Source: Mobula hypostoma
Taxonomy: Eukaryota
Reading direction: 5' to 3'
Assembly: GCF_963921235.1 (NCBI RefSeq)
Contig: NC_086108.1
Span: forward strand, 60,390,001-60,454,000
DNA length: 64,000 nucleotides
In this document: positions 38,890 through 52,119 of the stretch, piece by piece
How positions within the stretch are numbered: position 1 is the first letter of the stretch
How the letters are laid out: each line of letters starts with the position of its first letter
Program-made: the position numbers and the translations under genes
The notes under the pieces: generated by a model
Seen by the model: only the letters and a program-made list of their open reading frames with translations
What the model was told of the DNA's origin: nothing
Database searches by the model: none

Positions 38890-40435
38890 CTCAAGGAGGT
38901 GGCTCTAGAAATCATGGACGCATTGGTAATCATTTTCCAATGTTCTATAGATTCAGGATCAGTTCCTGTGGATTGGAAGGTAGCTAATGTTATCCCACTT
39001 TTTATGTAAGGAGGGAGAGAGAAAACAGGGAATTATAGACCAGTTAGCCTGACAGCAGTGGTGGGGAAGAGCTGGAGTCAATTATAAAAGATGAAATAGC
39101 GGCACATTTGGATAGCAGTAACAGGATCGGTCTGAGTCAGCATGGATTTACAAAGGGGAAATCATGCTTGACTAATCTTCTGGAATTTTTTGATGATGTA
39201 ACTATGAAAATGGACAAGGGAGAGCCAGTGAATGTAGTGTACCTGGACTTCAAGAAAGCCTTTGATAAGGTCCCACATAGGAAATTAGTGGGCAAAATTG
39301 GAGCACATGGTATTGGGGGTAGGGTACTGATATGGATAGAAATTTGGTTGGCAGCAGGAATCAAAGAGTAGGGATTAACGGGTCCCTCTTAGAATGGCAG
39401 GCAGTGACTAGTGGGGTACCACAAGGCTTGGTGCTGGGACCACAGCTATTTACAATATATATTAATGATTTAGATGAAGGGATTAAAAGTAACATTAGCA
39501 AATTTGCAGATGACACAAAGCTGGATGGCAGTGTGAAATGTGAGGAGGATGTTATGAGAATACAGGGTGACTTGGACAGGTGGGGTGAGTGGGCAGATGC
39601 ATGGCAGATGCAGTTTAATATGGATAAATGTGAGGTTATCCACTTTGGTAGCAAGAACAGGAAGGCAGATTAATATCTGAATGGTGTCAAGTTAGGAAAA
39701 GGGGAAGTACAATGAGATCTAGGTGTCCTTGTTCATCAGTCACTGAAAGTAAGCATGCAGGTACAACATGCAGTGAAGAAAGCTAATGGCATGTTGGCCT
39801 TCATAACAAGTAGAGTTGAGTATAGGAGCAAAGAGGTCATTCTGCAGTTGTACACAGCCTTGGTGAGACCACACCTGGAGTATTGTGTGCAGTTTTGGTC
39901 TCCAAATTTGAGGAAGGCCATTCTTGCTATTGAGGGAGTTCAGCGTAGGTTCACGAGGTTAATTCCCAGGATGGCAGGACTGTCATATGTTGAAAGATTG
40001 GAGCGACAGGGTTTGTATACACTGGAATTTAGAGGGATGAGAGGGGATCTGATTGAATCATATAAGATTATTAAGGGATTGGACACGCTAGAGGCAGGAA
40101 ACATGTTTCCGATGTTAGGGGAGTCGAGAACCAGAGGCCACAGTTGAAGAATAAGGGGTAGGCCATTTAGGATAGAGTTGAAGAAAAACTTTTTCACCCA
40201 GAGAGTTGTGGATGTGTGGAATGCTCTGCCCCAGAAGGCAGTGGAGGCCAATTCTCCGGATGCTTTCAAGAAAGAGTTAGATAGAGCTCTTAAAGATAGT
40301 GGAGTCAAGAGATGTAGGGAGAAGGCAGGAATGGGGTACTGATTGTGGATGATCAGCCATGATCACAGTGAATGGCGGTGCTGGCTTGAAGGGCCAAATG
40401 GCCTACCCCTGCAGCTATTGTCTATTGTCTATTGT
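38890..40435 (+). mobile_element. CR1 LINE, 5'-truncated (RT and 3' UTR)
   Basis: [40 protein letters not shown]; (CTATTGT)n tail. Confidence 0.93.
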
Positions 40436-40479
40436 CATAACAAAACTTTCAATTTTCAGATACATTTATATTTACATTT

Positions 40480-40875
40480 ATATGTGTCTTCCCCTCACAG
40501 ATATCAGCTATCAGAACATTTCCATTAAAATATAGACATCACCCGAACATCCTATACAAAAGCCCTTATTAGTACAGCAGACAGGTTTACATCGACATAC
40601 TGCAGAAAAGGTTGCCATGTTTTATGAAACCTGTTTGTTTTTGAGTGTACCATACATGTCAAAATGTCCAAAGGAATGTATTCCATGATTAATTTACACC
40701 AACCAAAAAGTCCAGGGGCCTTATCGGATATGCAACAAAGTAAAATGTTCTTCCTCACACAAAAAGTCAGGACGTTTAAAAGTTTCTTCTGATGTGCGTT
40801 AATAATGCGACTGCTGGGTAAGCCTAAGAGAAAAGACATTGGGTCCAGTTCAAGCTCCATCTTCAGAATCTCAGA
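40480..40875 (-). mobile_element. L1-clade ORF2 C-terminal fragment
   Basis: LELDPMSFLLG...RKNILLC.....P....W...IMEYIPLD......F.KTWQPFLQY. Confidence 0.7.
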
Positions 40876-42015
40876 AACCTGAGAGAGGACAAGGTGAGCA
40901 CAGAGAAATCATGTGGTTGTAAGATAGAGCACAGAGAAAGATGTGATTTCAGGGACAGGCAAAACACTAGACAAAATTTTAAAATAGGAAGAAAACAGCA
41001 CAGGTGGTTGAAAAGATGCTTATTAAAGGAATCTCTTGATGCAAGACTTTGACAAGTTTCAAGAAAAGCTGAAACTATTGGATGAAATGTTTGTTAAGTT
41101 GTCTGTGGAGTAGACTGCCATTCAAGTAATGGGACTGGTTGTCCTGAAATCTGGATGTTGATTGGAGATATGAGTTCATGGCAATTACAGAACTACAATT
41201 CAATTCATGACATAAATGTGGAAAAGAAAACATTATTGTCAATAAATCTGTTAAGCTACTGGAGTGTTTTTAAAAACCGATCTGGTTCACTAATGTCCTT
41301 CATTCTTACCAGATCGTACCTGTGTCTAACTTCAGACCCGTGGCAATATAGTTGACCTGTAACTCCCTCTGAAGTGACTGACTAAGTTGGTCAGTTCAAG
41401 ATCAATAAGAGCTGAGTGAAAAGTACTCTGATTTTGCCAGCAGCAACACCCAGACTGAGAAAATAAAATTTTACTTAAAAAAAACACCATTTAAAAGAAC
41501 ATTTATATGAATTAATTTTAAAGTCTGCTTTTTGAGCTTCATATACTACAGTGTATTTGTTTCTAGCTAAATCACTATAACAAGTACTTTATCATTATAA
41601 GGTTGCAGTTTTTTAACTGTGTGGGAAACAGTAAAAATCTCAATGTTGTTGCGAGGCAGTATTTCCAGGTTTTAGGTTAAGGTACTTTGTTAAGTTTAAT
41701 TAGAAATAAGATTAAACTGCGTTCAACTTGACCTGGGAGTGCCAGAGGTTAAAACAGTCAGTTATTATTTCTTTAGAATTAATCAGAGCAATGCCTATAG
41801 ATTACATTCTGAATAATATCCGATGTATAATTTCAAGACTCTGCCTTCTATGTACACAATATTTTGACAACTTATGCATATTTACTAGGGAAGACTGTGG
41901 CGAGTCATTGCAAAATTTCTTAGGAATTCTTATTTGAGTCTTAAAATTTGAGTATGAGTTAATCAGGTAGGATTGTTGCCATGATAATGGACTTATGTCA
42001 GGAAGGCCGTATTTC

Positions 42016-42666
42016 CGTAAGACCATAAGACCATAAGACAAAGGAGCAGAAGTCGGCCATTCGGCCCATTGAGTCTGCTCCGCCATTTTATCATGAGCTG
42101 ATCCATTCTCCCATTTAGTCCCACTCCCCCGCCTTTTAACCATAACCTTTGATGCCCTGGCTACTCAGATACCTATCAATCTCTGCCTTAAATAAACCCA
42201 ATGACTTGGCCTCCACTGCCACCCGTGGCAACAAATTCCACAGATTCACCACTCTCTGGCTAAAAAAATTTCTTTGCATCTCTGTTCTTCAATCCTTAAG
42301 TCATGCCCTCTCGTACTAGACTCGCCCACCATGGGAAACAATTTTGCCACTTCCACTCTGTCCATGCCTTTCAACATTCGAAATGTTTCTGTGAGGTCCC
42401 CCCCTCATTCTTCTAAATTCCAAGGAGTACAGTCCAAGAGTGGACAAATGTTCCTCATATGTTAACCCTCTCATTCCCAGAATCATTCTAGTGAATCTTC
42501 TCTGTACCCTCTCCAACGTCAGCACATCCTTTCTTAAATAAGGAGCCCAAATCTGCCCACAGTACTCCAAGTGAGGTCTCACCAGTGCCTTATAGAGCCT
42601 CAACATCACATCCCTGCTCCTATACTCTACTCCTCTAGAAATGATTGACAACACTGCATTCGCCTT
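42016..42666 (-). mobile_element. CR1 3' fragment with 8-bp TSD, just upstream of CYP4 gene 2
   Basis: DVMLRLYKALVRPHLEYC; (TAAGACCA)n tail. CGTATTTC occurs at 42008-42015 and 42667-42674. Confidence 0.9.
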
Positions 42667-42950
42667 CGTATTTCACAATGCTAACCAAAAAAACTGCTAC
42701 AAATTTCACAATAATTCTGATTTGAAGAGAAATAAATGATAAAAAATCAAGTATAGGCTGCAGATAACTGAAAAAAATTCAGTATGGCACAAGATATGTT
42801 TGAGAGTTGGACGATTTGCATTGGTTTGATTATCAGAATTAGATTAATACTATAGGTGTAGCTGTTAAAAGGCGGATTCAGCATGAAGTTTTCTCAGATC
42901 AGATCAAACTCAGATGCTTAGTCATCTCTTTGAATACTGCCATCCAAATA

Positions 42951-43149
42951 ACGGCTATAACAACAATTACAGAAAATCCTCTCATATACTATAGATCTAT
43001 ATCAATTACTTCAGTTAATAGTTGGTATCTTTGCAGCATCCATTCTGATCATGATATTGAATCTTTTTCGTAAGAGATGGATGTTGATGGAGGCAATGAA
43101 TCCCTTCCCGGGACCCCCTTCACACTGGTTATACGGGCATGCACATGAA
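42951..43149 (+). CDS. CYP4B1-like: CYP4 gene 2, exon 1 (signal anchor and proline-rich hinge); start codon disrupted, possibly a pseudogene
   Basis: Frame 42961-43149 reads QQLQKILSYTIDLYQLLQLIVGIFAASILIMILNLFRKRWMLMEAMNPFPGPPSHWLYGHAHE, then a GTATGT donor. FPGPPxHWLYGH is the CYP4 N-terminal motif. There is an in-frame TAA at 42958-42960 and no ATG before the hydrophobic segment. Confidence 0.88.
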
Positions 43150-44469
43150 GTATGTATAAAATTATCTAATGAAGTTATCTGAGAACTATCTTTCTAGGCA
43201 ATATTGGTAACAGCCAATACCTGCAATTTTGTGGATCCATTTTATTGTGTTGTTGTTTCAAAATATAATTTATGTGGCTACATATAATGTTGCTATTTTA
43301 ACATTATTTATTTCTAACTGCTCAGGTCATGTAGTAACGTTTTCATCTATAACGACCACATTTGTGAGTTTCAGCCTTAAGACATCTCTAAGTTCACACT
43401 GCAGATTAGTGTGCCAGTGCAGAGAAGGAACACCATATATTCAAAACTATCATTCTTGAAGTAAAGCAAATTTTCCTTGCAGTGAGGATCATTGATTGCT
43501 GGAAATACATTGTTAGGAGATTGCTGACCCATTGAGAAAATCTTCTCTTCACGTCTCTCTTGCGAATAAACTGTCATATATTTTTGGAGACGGTCACTGA
43601 GTTCCCCTGCTGTTCAGCCTTGTTTTCTCCTTTCAATGCCATCAAAACCAAACAGGTTAGCAGACCATTCATCTCATTCCCCTTCATTATAGAATAGCTG
43701 CTCTGTTTGCTTATGCACCAACCTACTTCAGTTTAAAAGTTAAATATATACAGTGCGGTGTTTTGTGATAAACCAAAGTGATATTATTGTACAGTAACAA
43801 TAAATACACTCCTTAAAATATAAAAACATTTGCTTTTTTCTATAAACTATGCATGGTGTGTTCTGTATGGTTCTGCTTTCTCCTTTGAGTTCTCATGTTA
43901 TTTTCTGGGATATTGTCACCTCACCGATGTTTTGCCGATACTGCTGTATCTACTCTTGTCCACAAGTCACAGTTCTTCAACAATCTTTCCTTTCCCCCTT
44001 CCCCGCTGAATGATCTGTGAATATTTTACGCTCTTTTTTTTCTTGTACAGCTTTGTCTGACTACCTGATCTTTACAATTTTTCAATACTAGAAAGTGATT
44101 TCAACACTCATCCACACTGAGTTTTAAATAAACTGATAGTCATCTAAACGAATTAAAACTCCTGGTCTGGCTCTCCGGGTAAGTATTGAATCCTACTTGA
44201 TGATGCTTCCTGTATTGTTCACCAATTCAAAATTCAATGAATAAAATTGTTTGATTTTGTTCACCTGATATATTGTCAGAATAAGTCCATTCAAATACTG
44301 TCACTTTTAATAATGAAAGTTTACAGCAATTTCCTGATGCATCTATGGATTACTGCTCTAAGCTGTTCCCAATGGACAATCTCTGGAGCTATTTAGCTGT
44401 CGAGCTAATCACACAGGCAGATAGCTGCGTAGCTACTGCCTCAGCCTCAGTGGCTCTGAGTGAGGGAGG

Positions 44470-47400
44470 AATGGATCACTCATGACGTCAGTGAGTTATA
44501 CCAGCAGGAAGAATTAAAAGGAGAGAGGTTTATAGAGCGGGTGCAGGAGGAGCGGGCAACAGAGTAGTGGGATTCAGAGTAGGAGGGATTTGGTTCAACG
44601 CGGCTTCGGCGATAATGGGTCAAGGCAAGTTAAGTTACTTGTGAAGAATAGGAATAGGAAGTATGTCTGTGAGGCTGGTGTTCTGTACTGGGTGTCAGAT
44701 GTGGGATGCCCGAGAGACTACCAGCCTCCCAGATGGCCTCATCAGTGCCAGGTGCGTCGAGCTGCAGCTCCTTAGGGACCGTGTTAGGGAAATGGAGATG
44801 CAGCTCGATGACCTTTGTCTGGTCAGGGAGAGTGAGGAGGTGATAGAGTGGAGTGATAGGCAGGTAGTCACACCAGGGACTCAGGAAACGGATAAGTGGG
44901 TAATAGTCAGGAGAGGGAAGGGCAAGAGTCAGATACTAGAGAATACCCCTGTGTTGTCCCCTTTATCAATAAGTACTCCTGTTTGAGGGGGGACGACCTA
45001 CCTGGGGAAAGCAACAATGGCCACACCTCTGGTACAGTCTGGCCCTGTGGCTCAGAAGGGTAGGGAAAGGAAGAGGATGGCAGCAGTGACAGGGGACTCT
45101 ATAGTTAGGGGGTCAGACAGGCCATTCTGTGGACGCAGGAAAGAAATATGGTTAGTAGTTTGCTCCCAGGTGCCAGGGTCTGGGATGTTTCTGATCACGT
45201 CCAAGATATCCTGAAGTGGGAAGGTGAACAGTCAGAGGTCGTGGTACATATTAGTACCAATGATGTAGGTAGGAAGAGGAAGGAGATCCTGAAAACAGAC
45301 TACAGGGAGTTAGGAAAGAAGCTAAGAAGCAGGACCACAAAGGTAGTAATCTCGGGATTACTGCCTGTGCCACGCGACAGTGAGTATAGCAATAGAGTGA
45401 GGTGGAGGATAAGTGCGTGGCTGAGGGATTGGAGCAGGGGACAGGGATTCAGATTTCTGGATCATTGGGACCGCTTTCGAGGCAGGTGTGACCTGTACAA
45501 AAAGGTCGGGTTGCACTTGAATCTGAGGGGGACCAATATCCTGGCGGGGAGATTTGCTAAGTCTATTGGAGAGAGTTTAAACTAAAATTACTGGGGGGTG
45601 GGAACTGAACTGAAGAGATGGAGGAAGGGGCGGTTGGTTCACAAATAGAAAAAGCTTGTAGACAGTGTGAGAGGGAGGAGAGGCAGGTGATAGCGAACAA
45701 TGCGCATAGACTGATGGTTTGAGATGTGTCTATTTTAATGCAAGGAGTATCATGAACAAAGTGGATGAGCTTAGAGCATGGATCAGTACTTGTATTTATG
45801 ATGTTGTGGCCATTACAGAGACTTGGATGGCTCAGAGGCAGGAATGGCTACTTAGAGTGCCAGCCTTTAGATGTTTCAGAAAGGACAGGGAGGGAGGCAA
45901 AAGAGGTGGGGGCGTGGCACTGCTGATCAGAGATAGTGTCACGGCTGCAGAAAAGGAGGAAGTCATGGAGGGATTGTCTACTGAGTCTTTGTGGGTGGAA
46001 GTTAGAAACAGGAAAGGGTCAATAACTCTACTGGGTGTTTTTTATAGACCACCCAATAGTAACAGGGACATCAAGAAGCAGATAGGGAGACAGATTCTGG
46101 AACTGTGTAGTAATAACAGGGACGTCGTGATGGGGGATTTTAATTTTCCCAATATTGATTGGCATCTCCCTAAAACAAGGGGTTTAGATGGGGTTAGGTG
46201 TGTTCAGGAAGGTTTCCTGACAGTATGTAGATAAGACTACAAGAGGAGAGGCGGTACTTAATCTCATATTGGGAAATGAACCTGGTCAGGTGTCAGGTCT
46301 CTCAGTGGGAGAGCATTTTGGAGATGGTGAGCACAATTCTATCTCCTTTACCATAGCATTGGAGAGGGATAGGAAGAGCTGGGAAAGCGTTTAATTGGAG
46401 TAAGAGGAAATATGAAGTTATCAGGCACTAACTTGGAAGCATCAATTGGGAACAGATGTTCTCAGGGAAATGTACAGCAGAAATGTTGCAAATGTTCATG
46501 GGATATTTGCGTGGTGTTCTGCACAGGTGCATTCCAGTGAGACAGGAAAAGGATGGTAGGGTACAGAAACCGTGGTGTACAAAGGCAGTTGAAAATCTAG
46601 TCAAGAAGAAAAGAAAAGCTAACAAAAAGTTCAAAAAACAAGGTAATGATAGAGATCTAAAAATTTATAAAGCTAGCAGGAAGGAGCTTAAGAATGAAAT
46701 TAGGAGAGCCAGAAGGGGCCATGAGAAGGCCTTGGCGAGCAGGATTAGGAAAAACGCCAAGGCATTCTACAAGTATGCGAAGAGCAAGAGGATAACTCAT
46801 GAGAGAATAGGTCCAATCAAGTGTGACAGTGGAAAAATGTGTATGGAACTGGAGGAGGTAGTGGAGGTTACTTAATGATTACTTTGCTTCAGTATTCACT
46901 ACAGAAAAGGACCTTGGCAATTGTAGGGATGACTTACAGCGGGCTGAAAAGCTTGAGCATATAGACTTTAAGAAAGAGGATGTGCTGGAGCTTTTGGAAA
47001 GCATCAAGTTGGATAAGTCACCAGGACCGGATGAGATGTACCCCAGGCTACTGTGGGAAGTGAGGGAGGAGATTGCTGAGCCTCTCACAATGATCTTTCC
47101 ATCATCAATGAGAACTATAGAGGTTCCGGAGGATTGGAGGGTTACAGATGTTGTTCCCTTATTCAAGAAAGGGAGTAGAGATAGCCTAGAAAATTATAGA
47201 CCAGTGAGTCTTACTTCAGTGGTTGGTAAGTTGATGGAAAAGATCCTGAGAGGCAGGATTTATGAACATTTGGAGAGAGATAATATGATTAGGAATAGTC
47301 AGCATGGCTTTGTCAAAGGCAGGTCGTGCCTTACGAGCCTGATTGAATTTTTTGAGGATGTGACTAAACACATTGATGAAGGTAGAGCAGTAGATGTAGT

Positions 47401-48567
47401 GTATATGGATTTCAGCAAGCCATTTGATAAGGTACCCCATGCAAGGCTTATTGAGAAAGTAAGGAGACATGGGATCCAAGGGGACCTTGCTTTGTGGATC
47501 CAGAACTGGCTTGCACACAGAAGGCAAAGAGTGGTTGTAGACAGGTCATATTCTGCATAGAGGTTTGTCACTAGTGGTGTGCCTCAGGGATCTGTTCTGG
47601 GACCCCTTCTCATCGTGATTTTTTACAAATGACCTGAATGAGGAAGTGAAGGGATGGGTTAGTAAATTTGCTGATGGCACAAATGTTGGAGGTGTTGTGG
47701 ATCATGTGGAGGGCTGTCAGAGGTTACAGCGGGGCATCAATAGGATGCAAATCTAGGCTGAGAAGTGGCAGATGGAGTTCAACTCAGATAAATGTGAGGT
47801 GGTTCATTTTGGTAGGTCATATATGATGGAAGAATATAGTATTAATGGTAAGACTCTTGGCAGTATGGAGGATCAGAGGGATCTTGGGGGCCCGAGTCTA
47901 TAGGACACTCAAAGCTGCTGCACAGGTTAACTGTGTGGTTAAGACGGTATACGATGTATTGGCTTTCCTCAACTGTAGGATTGAGTTCAAGAGCCAAGAG
48001 GCAATGTTACAGCTATATAGGACCCTGGTCAAACCCCACTTGGAGTACTGTGCTCAGTTCTGGTCACCTCACTGCAGGAAGGATGTGGAAACTATAGAAA
48101 GGGTTCAGAGGAGATTTACAAGGATGTTGCCTGGTTTGGGGAGCATGCCTTATGAGAATAGATTGAATGAGCTTGGCCTTTTCGTTTTGGAGTCATGGAG
48201 GATGAGAGGTGACCTGGTACAGGTGTACAAGATGATGAGAGGCATTTATCATGTGGATAGTCAGAGGCTTTTTCCCAGGGCTGAAATGACTAATACATGA
48301 GGACACAGTTTTAAGTAGGTACAGAGGAGATGTCAGGGGTAAGTTTTTTACGCAAAAAGTGGTGAGCGTGTGGATTGGGTTGCTGGCAACAGTGGTGGAG
48401 GCAGATACAATAGGGTCTTTTAAGAGACTCTTGGACAGGTACATGGAGCTTAGAAAAATAGAGGGTTATGGGTAACCCGAGGTAATTTCTAAGGTAAGGA
48501 CATGTTCGGCACAGCACTGTGGGCCGAAGGGCCTGTATTGTGCTGTAGGTTTTTCTATGTTTCTATG
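44470..48567 (+). mobile_element. Near full-length CR1 LINE (ORF1 zinc finger and esterase; ORF2 APE-RT), disrupted
   Basis: ORF1 CTGCQMW..SARC, GDSIVRG and GLHLN. ORF2 YFNARSIMNKVDEL, ITETW, GDFN, KSPGPD, QHGF and RFTRM. Tail TTTCTATGTTTCTATG. Confidence 0.93.
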
Positions 48568-49111
48568 ATTCTTCTTTGTATATCTAGTGACACTTGCTGG
48601 AATGTCTATGTATTTGCAGTTAGAAATAAAGGAACATCCTCAATTACGATATGAACATAGGACATAGAACCTAGAACAACTCAGCACAGTACAGGCCCTT
48701 CAGCGCATGATGTTGTGCTAGCCTTTTAACCTGTTCCAAGGTTGATCTAATCATTCCCTCCTACATTGCCATTAACCTTCCTTTTTAATTCATACATCTG
48801 CCTATGTAAGAGTCTTTTAAAATGTCCCCAATGTATCATCCTCTACCAGTAACCACACTGACAGGCACTTACCACTCTCTGAGTAAAAAATACTATCTCT
48901 GACATCTCCTCTGAACCTTCCTCCATTCACCTTAAAAGGATGTCTTTGGTATTGAGCATCTATGCCCTAGGGAAAAGCACTGGCAGTCTACTCCATCAAT
49001 GCCTCTTATCATCTTATACTATTATCCTCTTTCTTTATTAATCTTTTTATTGATTTAAAAAAAATATAAATACAATCAAGAGGAGAATTAGTTCAAATAT
49101 ATATATATCAG

Positions 49112-49408
49112 AGTGGGCACATGGCCAAATGGTTAAGGCATTGGACTAGCGACCTGAAGGTCGTGAGTTCGAGCCCCAGCTGAGGCACTTAATCACACAT
49201 TGCTCTGCGACGACACTGGTGCCAAGCTGTATGGGTCCTAATGCCCTTCCCTCGGACAACATCGGTGTCATGGAGAGGGGAGACTTGCAGCATGGGCAAC
49301 TGCTGGTCCTCCATACAACCTTGCCTAGGCCTGCGCCCTGGAGAGTGAAGACTTTCCAGGTGCAAATCCATGGTCTTGCAAGACTAACGGATGCCTTTAT
49401 TTTATTCT
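49112..49408 (+). mobile_element. tRNA-derived SINE (second copy) with 12-bp TSD
   Basis: Same head and body as 24087-24372. TSD TATATATATCAG at 49100-49111 and 49409-49420. Confidence 0.9.
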
Positions 49409-49923
49409 TATATATATCAGTAACCATGATTAAAATAGACATTGTCAAAACCATAGATATTGTTAAACTAGTATAAAATATATAATAAAAAAAAGAAAAT
49501 AACAATTCTCCTCTTACCAGTTTAAAAGGAGAAAGGGGAAAAAACATTGGGTTTTATATGAAAAGAAAAAAAACCCACTGCACTATATAAAAAAAACCAG
49601 AACAAACAAAACAAAAAAAAAGGGACTGGGCAGTCCATTTTGAGGATACGACCAAAAAAAGAAGAGAAAAAGACTTTCTGATCAAATCTAAAACTTTGAA
49701 AAAAAAATTAAAAGAGTAATAAATCAAACTAAATGAAAATATTAGATAAAAGGTCGCCATATTTGCTCAAATTTAAAGGATGTATCAAATGTCCGACTTC
49801 TTATTTTCTCTAAACTTAAACAGGACATAATGGACGAGAGCCACAAAAGACCGTAGGTGGATTAGAATCCTTCCACTTCAATAAAATGGCTCTCCTAGAC
49901 AGTAAGGTCGAAAAGGCTATCAT

Positions 49924-51599
49924 AGTCACAAATAGGATTAATATTGGAGAAAGTACGCGTCATTGTCTGGATCTGGGTCCCTTTAAATTTACTCGGTTTA
50001 TGTTACGATCCGGACCATTGATTCCCTGTCTTCCTGTGTCCCTTGGCTTTGGTGATTGGAGGCAATTTACTCTTAGTTGAACCGATAGCTTATAGTCTTT
50101 GACTTTCAGCCGTTCGGGGCGAGAGCGTCTGCAAGGTCATCAAAGGTATGGTGTGCCGATGTTATCTAGCCGGCGCAAGCCTTGTCTTTGCTGAAGCGAG
50201 TGCCGGTAATTCTCCCTTCCTCACCGGAGCAACCCTGTCCAGTTACCTCATTGAAGCGAGCCTGCAAAGTTTCCTCATCAAGGTGGGTCCGTCAGTAAAC
50301 CTGCCGGAGAGAATCAGGAGCCACTGTCTACTGTCCCTGGGCCGAGTCTAGAGCTCGCCACTACCCGGAGGTTCCAAGTACCACATCCTGGCTCCGACGG
50401 CATCCAAGTACCACGTCCAAGTCCTGGCTCCAGCGGCATCCAAGTACCACGTCCACATCCAAGTCCAAGTCTTTGCTCTGGCTGCATCCAAGTACCATGT
50501 CCAAGTCCAAGTCCTGGCCCTGGCGGCATCCGAGTACCAAGTCAAGTCCTGGTCCTGGCAGCCTCCGAGTACCAAGTCAAGTCCTGGCCCCAGTGGCCTC
50601 CGAGTACCAAGTCAAGTCCTGGCCCTGGCGGCATTCAAGTACCAAGTCAAGTCCTTGACCTGGTGGCTTCCCAGTTCCGAGTCAAGTCCTGGCCCTGGCG
50701 GTCTGTGATTCCTGTCCTATCACCCTGTCTGAATCCCTTCTCTGCCCCTCTCACCTCTAGCCATCGTCTGCAGCCCTCGCCTGCACTTCAGTCTAGTTCT
50801 ATCGCCGGAGCTAGAGAGGTACTGTCTGGTGTGCTTTTGTGTTGGTCTTGTCCTGTCCTCGCCTCTGTGGGGTAAGTCAGGCCATCTTGCCGTTGCCCCG
50901 CGGCGAGTCATGTCCTGTCTTGTCTGGTCCTCGCCTCCGTAGAGTAAGTCTGGCCGTCTTGCCGTTGCCCCACGGGGGGTCATGTCTTGTCTTGTCTTGT
51001 CCTCGCCTCTGTGGGGTAAGTCAGGCCGACTTGCCGTTGCCCCGCAGAGGGTCATGAGTCCCGGCCCTATGTCCTGTACCCAAGGAGGGGTCCCGGCTCT
51101 CTGTTCTGTGTGTGAGTCCCAGCCCTGTGTCCTGTACCCAAGGAGGGGTCCCAGCTCTCTGTTCTGTGTGTGAGTCCCGGCCCTATGGCCTGTACCCAAG
51201 GGGTCTCGACTCTGTGTTCTGTGTATGTGTCTATGGTTCCATGTAACTGCTCTCCCGAGACCAGGCTCTGTTTTTCCATGTTCCTCCTCTCCCATGTCCA
51301 TGCCTGGTTCTGGGGTCTGAGCCCGAGGCAAGACCCAGGTACTGGGTCCTTGCCAAGTCTCTGGCTCGGAGTTCATATCCTAGCCTCTTCATGTCTCCTC
51401 TAGTTCTGGGATCCAATTCCGAGTCCTAGCCCAGTCCCTGGTCCCAGCCTAGTCGTAGTCCTGAGTCCCTGTCCAGATCGCTACTCCTGCTCCTGCCTAG
51501 CCCTCCTGGTATCAAACAATAAACTCAATTTAAGTAACCTCACAAGATGTGTCTTGCATTTGGGTCCACCCTTGCTCCCAATGCCCCACCATTGTGACA
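49924..51599 (+). mobile_element. Long LTR-like element with internal minisatellites
   Basis: Ends AGTCACAA...TTGTGACA (inverted). AATAAA at about 51518 followed by TCTTGCATTTGGGTCC. Interrupts an L1 ORF; no TSD visible. Confidence 0.6.
50370..51225. repeat. Three adjacent GC-rich minisatellite arrays
   Basis: About 30-36 bp unit GCGGCATCCAAGTACCA..CAAGTCCTGG (50370-50700). About 65-70 bp unit containing CCTCGCCTCTGTGGGGTAAGTCAGGCC, 3 copies (50845-51055). About 58 bp unit GAGTCCCGGCCCTATGTCCTGTACCCAAGG, 3 copies (51055-51225). Confidence 0.85.
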
Positions 51600-52119
51600 A
51601 CGCGCTAGTTTATCCTTTGATATATGGGCCCGGTGCACTACCTTGAACTGTATCAAGGAATGATGGGCACAAATAGATGAGTTATTAACTGAATGATAGA
51701 TTTTACTCCATTGATTATCTGAAAATGACTCTTGAAGATACGATTCCCAAGCATATTTAATTTTATCATTAGATATCATTCGTAAACTCAATAACCTTAT
51801 TATTAACCTCTATCAAGCCATTTCTCATCCTCCTTTGCTTCCAAGGAGAAAAGCCCCAGCTCTCTCAACCTTTCCTCATACGACATGCTCTCTAATTCTG
51901 GGAGCATCCTAGGAAATCTCTAAAGCTTCCACATCCTTCCTACAATGAGGTGACCAGAAATGAACACAGTACTCCAAGTGTTGTCTAAGCAGAGTCATGT
52001 AAAGATGCAACATTACCTCATGGCTCTTGAACTTAACCTACAACTAATGAAGGCCAGCACACCATATGCCTTCCTAACCACCCTATCAACTTGCATGCCA
52101 ACTTTGAGGAATCTATGGA

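Larger units (their letters stand above)
49030..51808 (-). mobile_element. L1-clade LINE 3' portion, interrupted by a SINE and an LTR-like element
   Basis: IKYAWE....W..I...VNNSSICAHHSLIQFKVVHRAHISKDKLAR (51600-51790) and IAFSTLLSRRAILLKWKDSNPP...FEQIWRPF (49745-49923). 3' end reads AATAAAAAGATTAATAAAGAAAG on the minus strand. Confidence 0.82.

Noticed and set aside
50370..51225. Regularly spaced repeats resembling a CRISPR array, and ORFs such as 50720-51376
   Set aside because: The units are tandem and degenerate, with no unique spacers or cas genes, in a eukaryotic context. The ORFs are by-products of GC-rich repeats.
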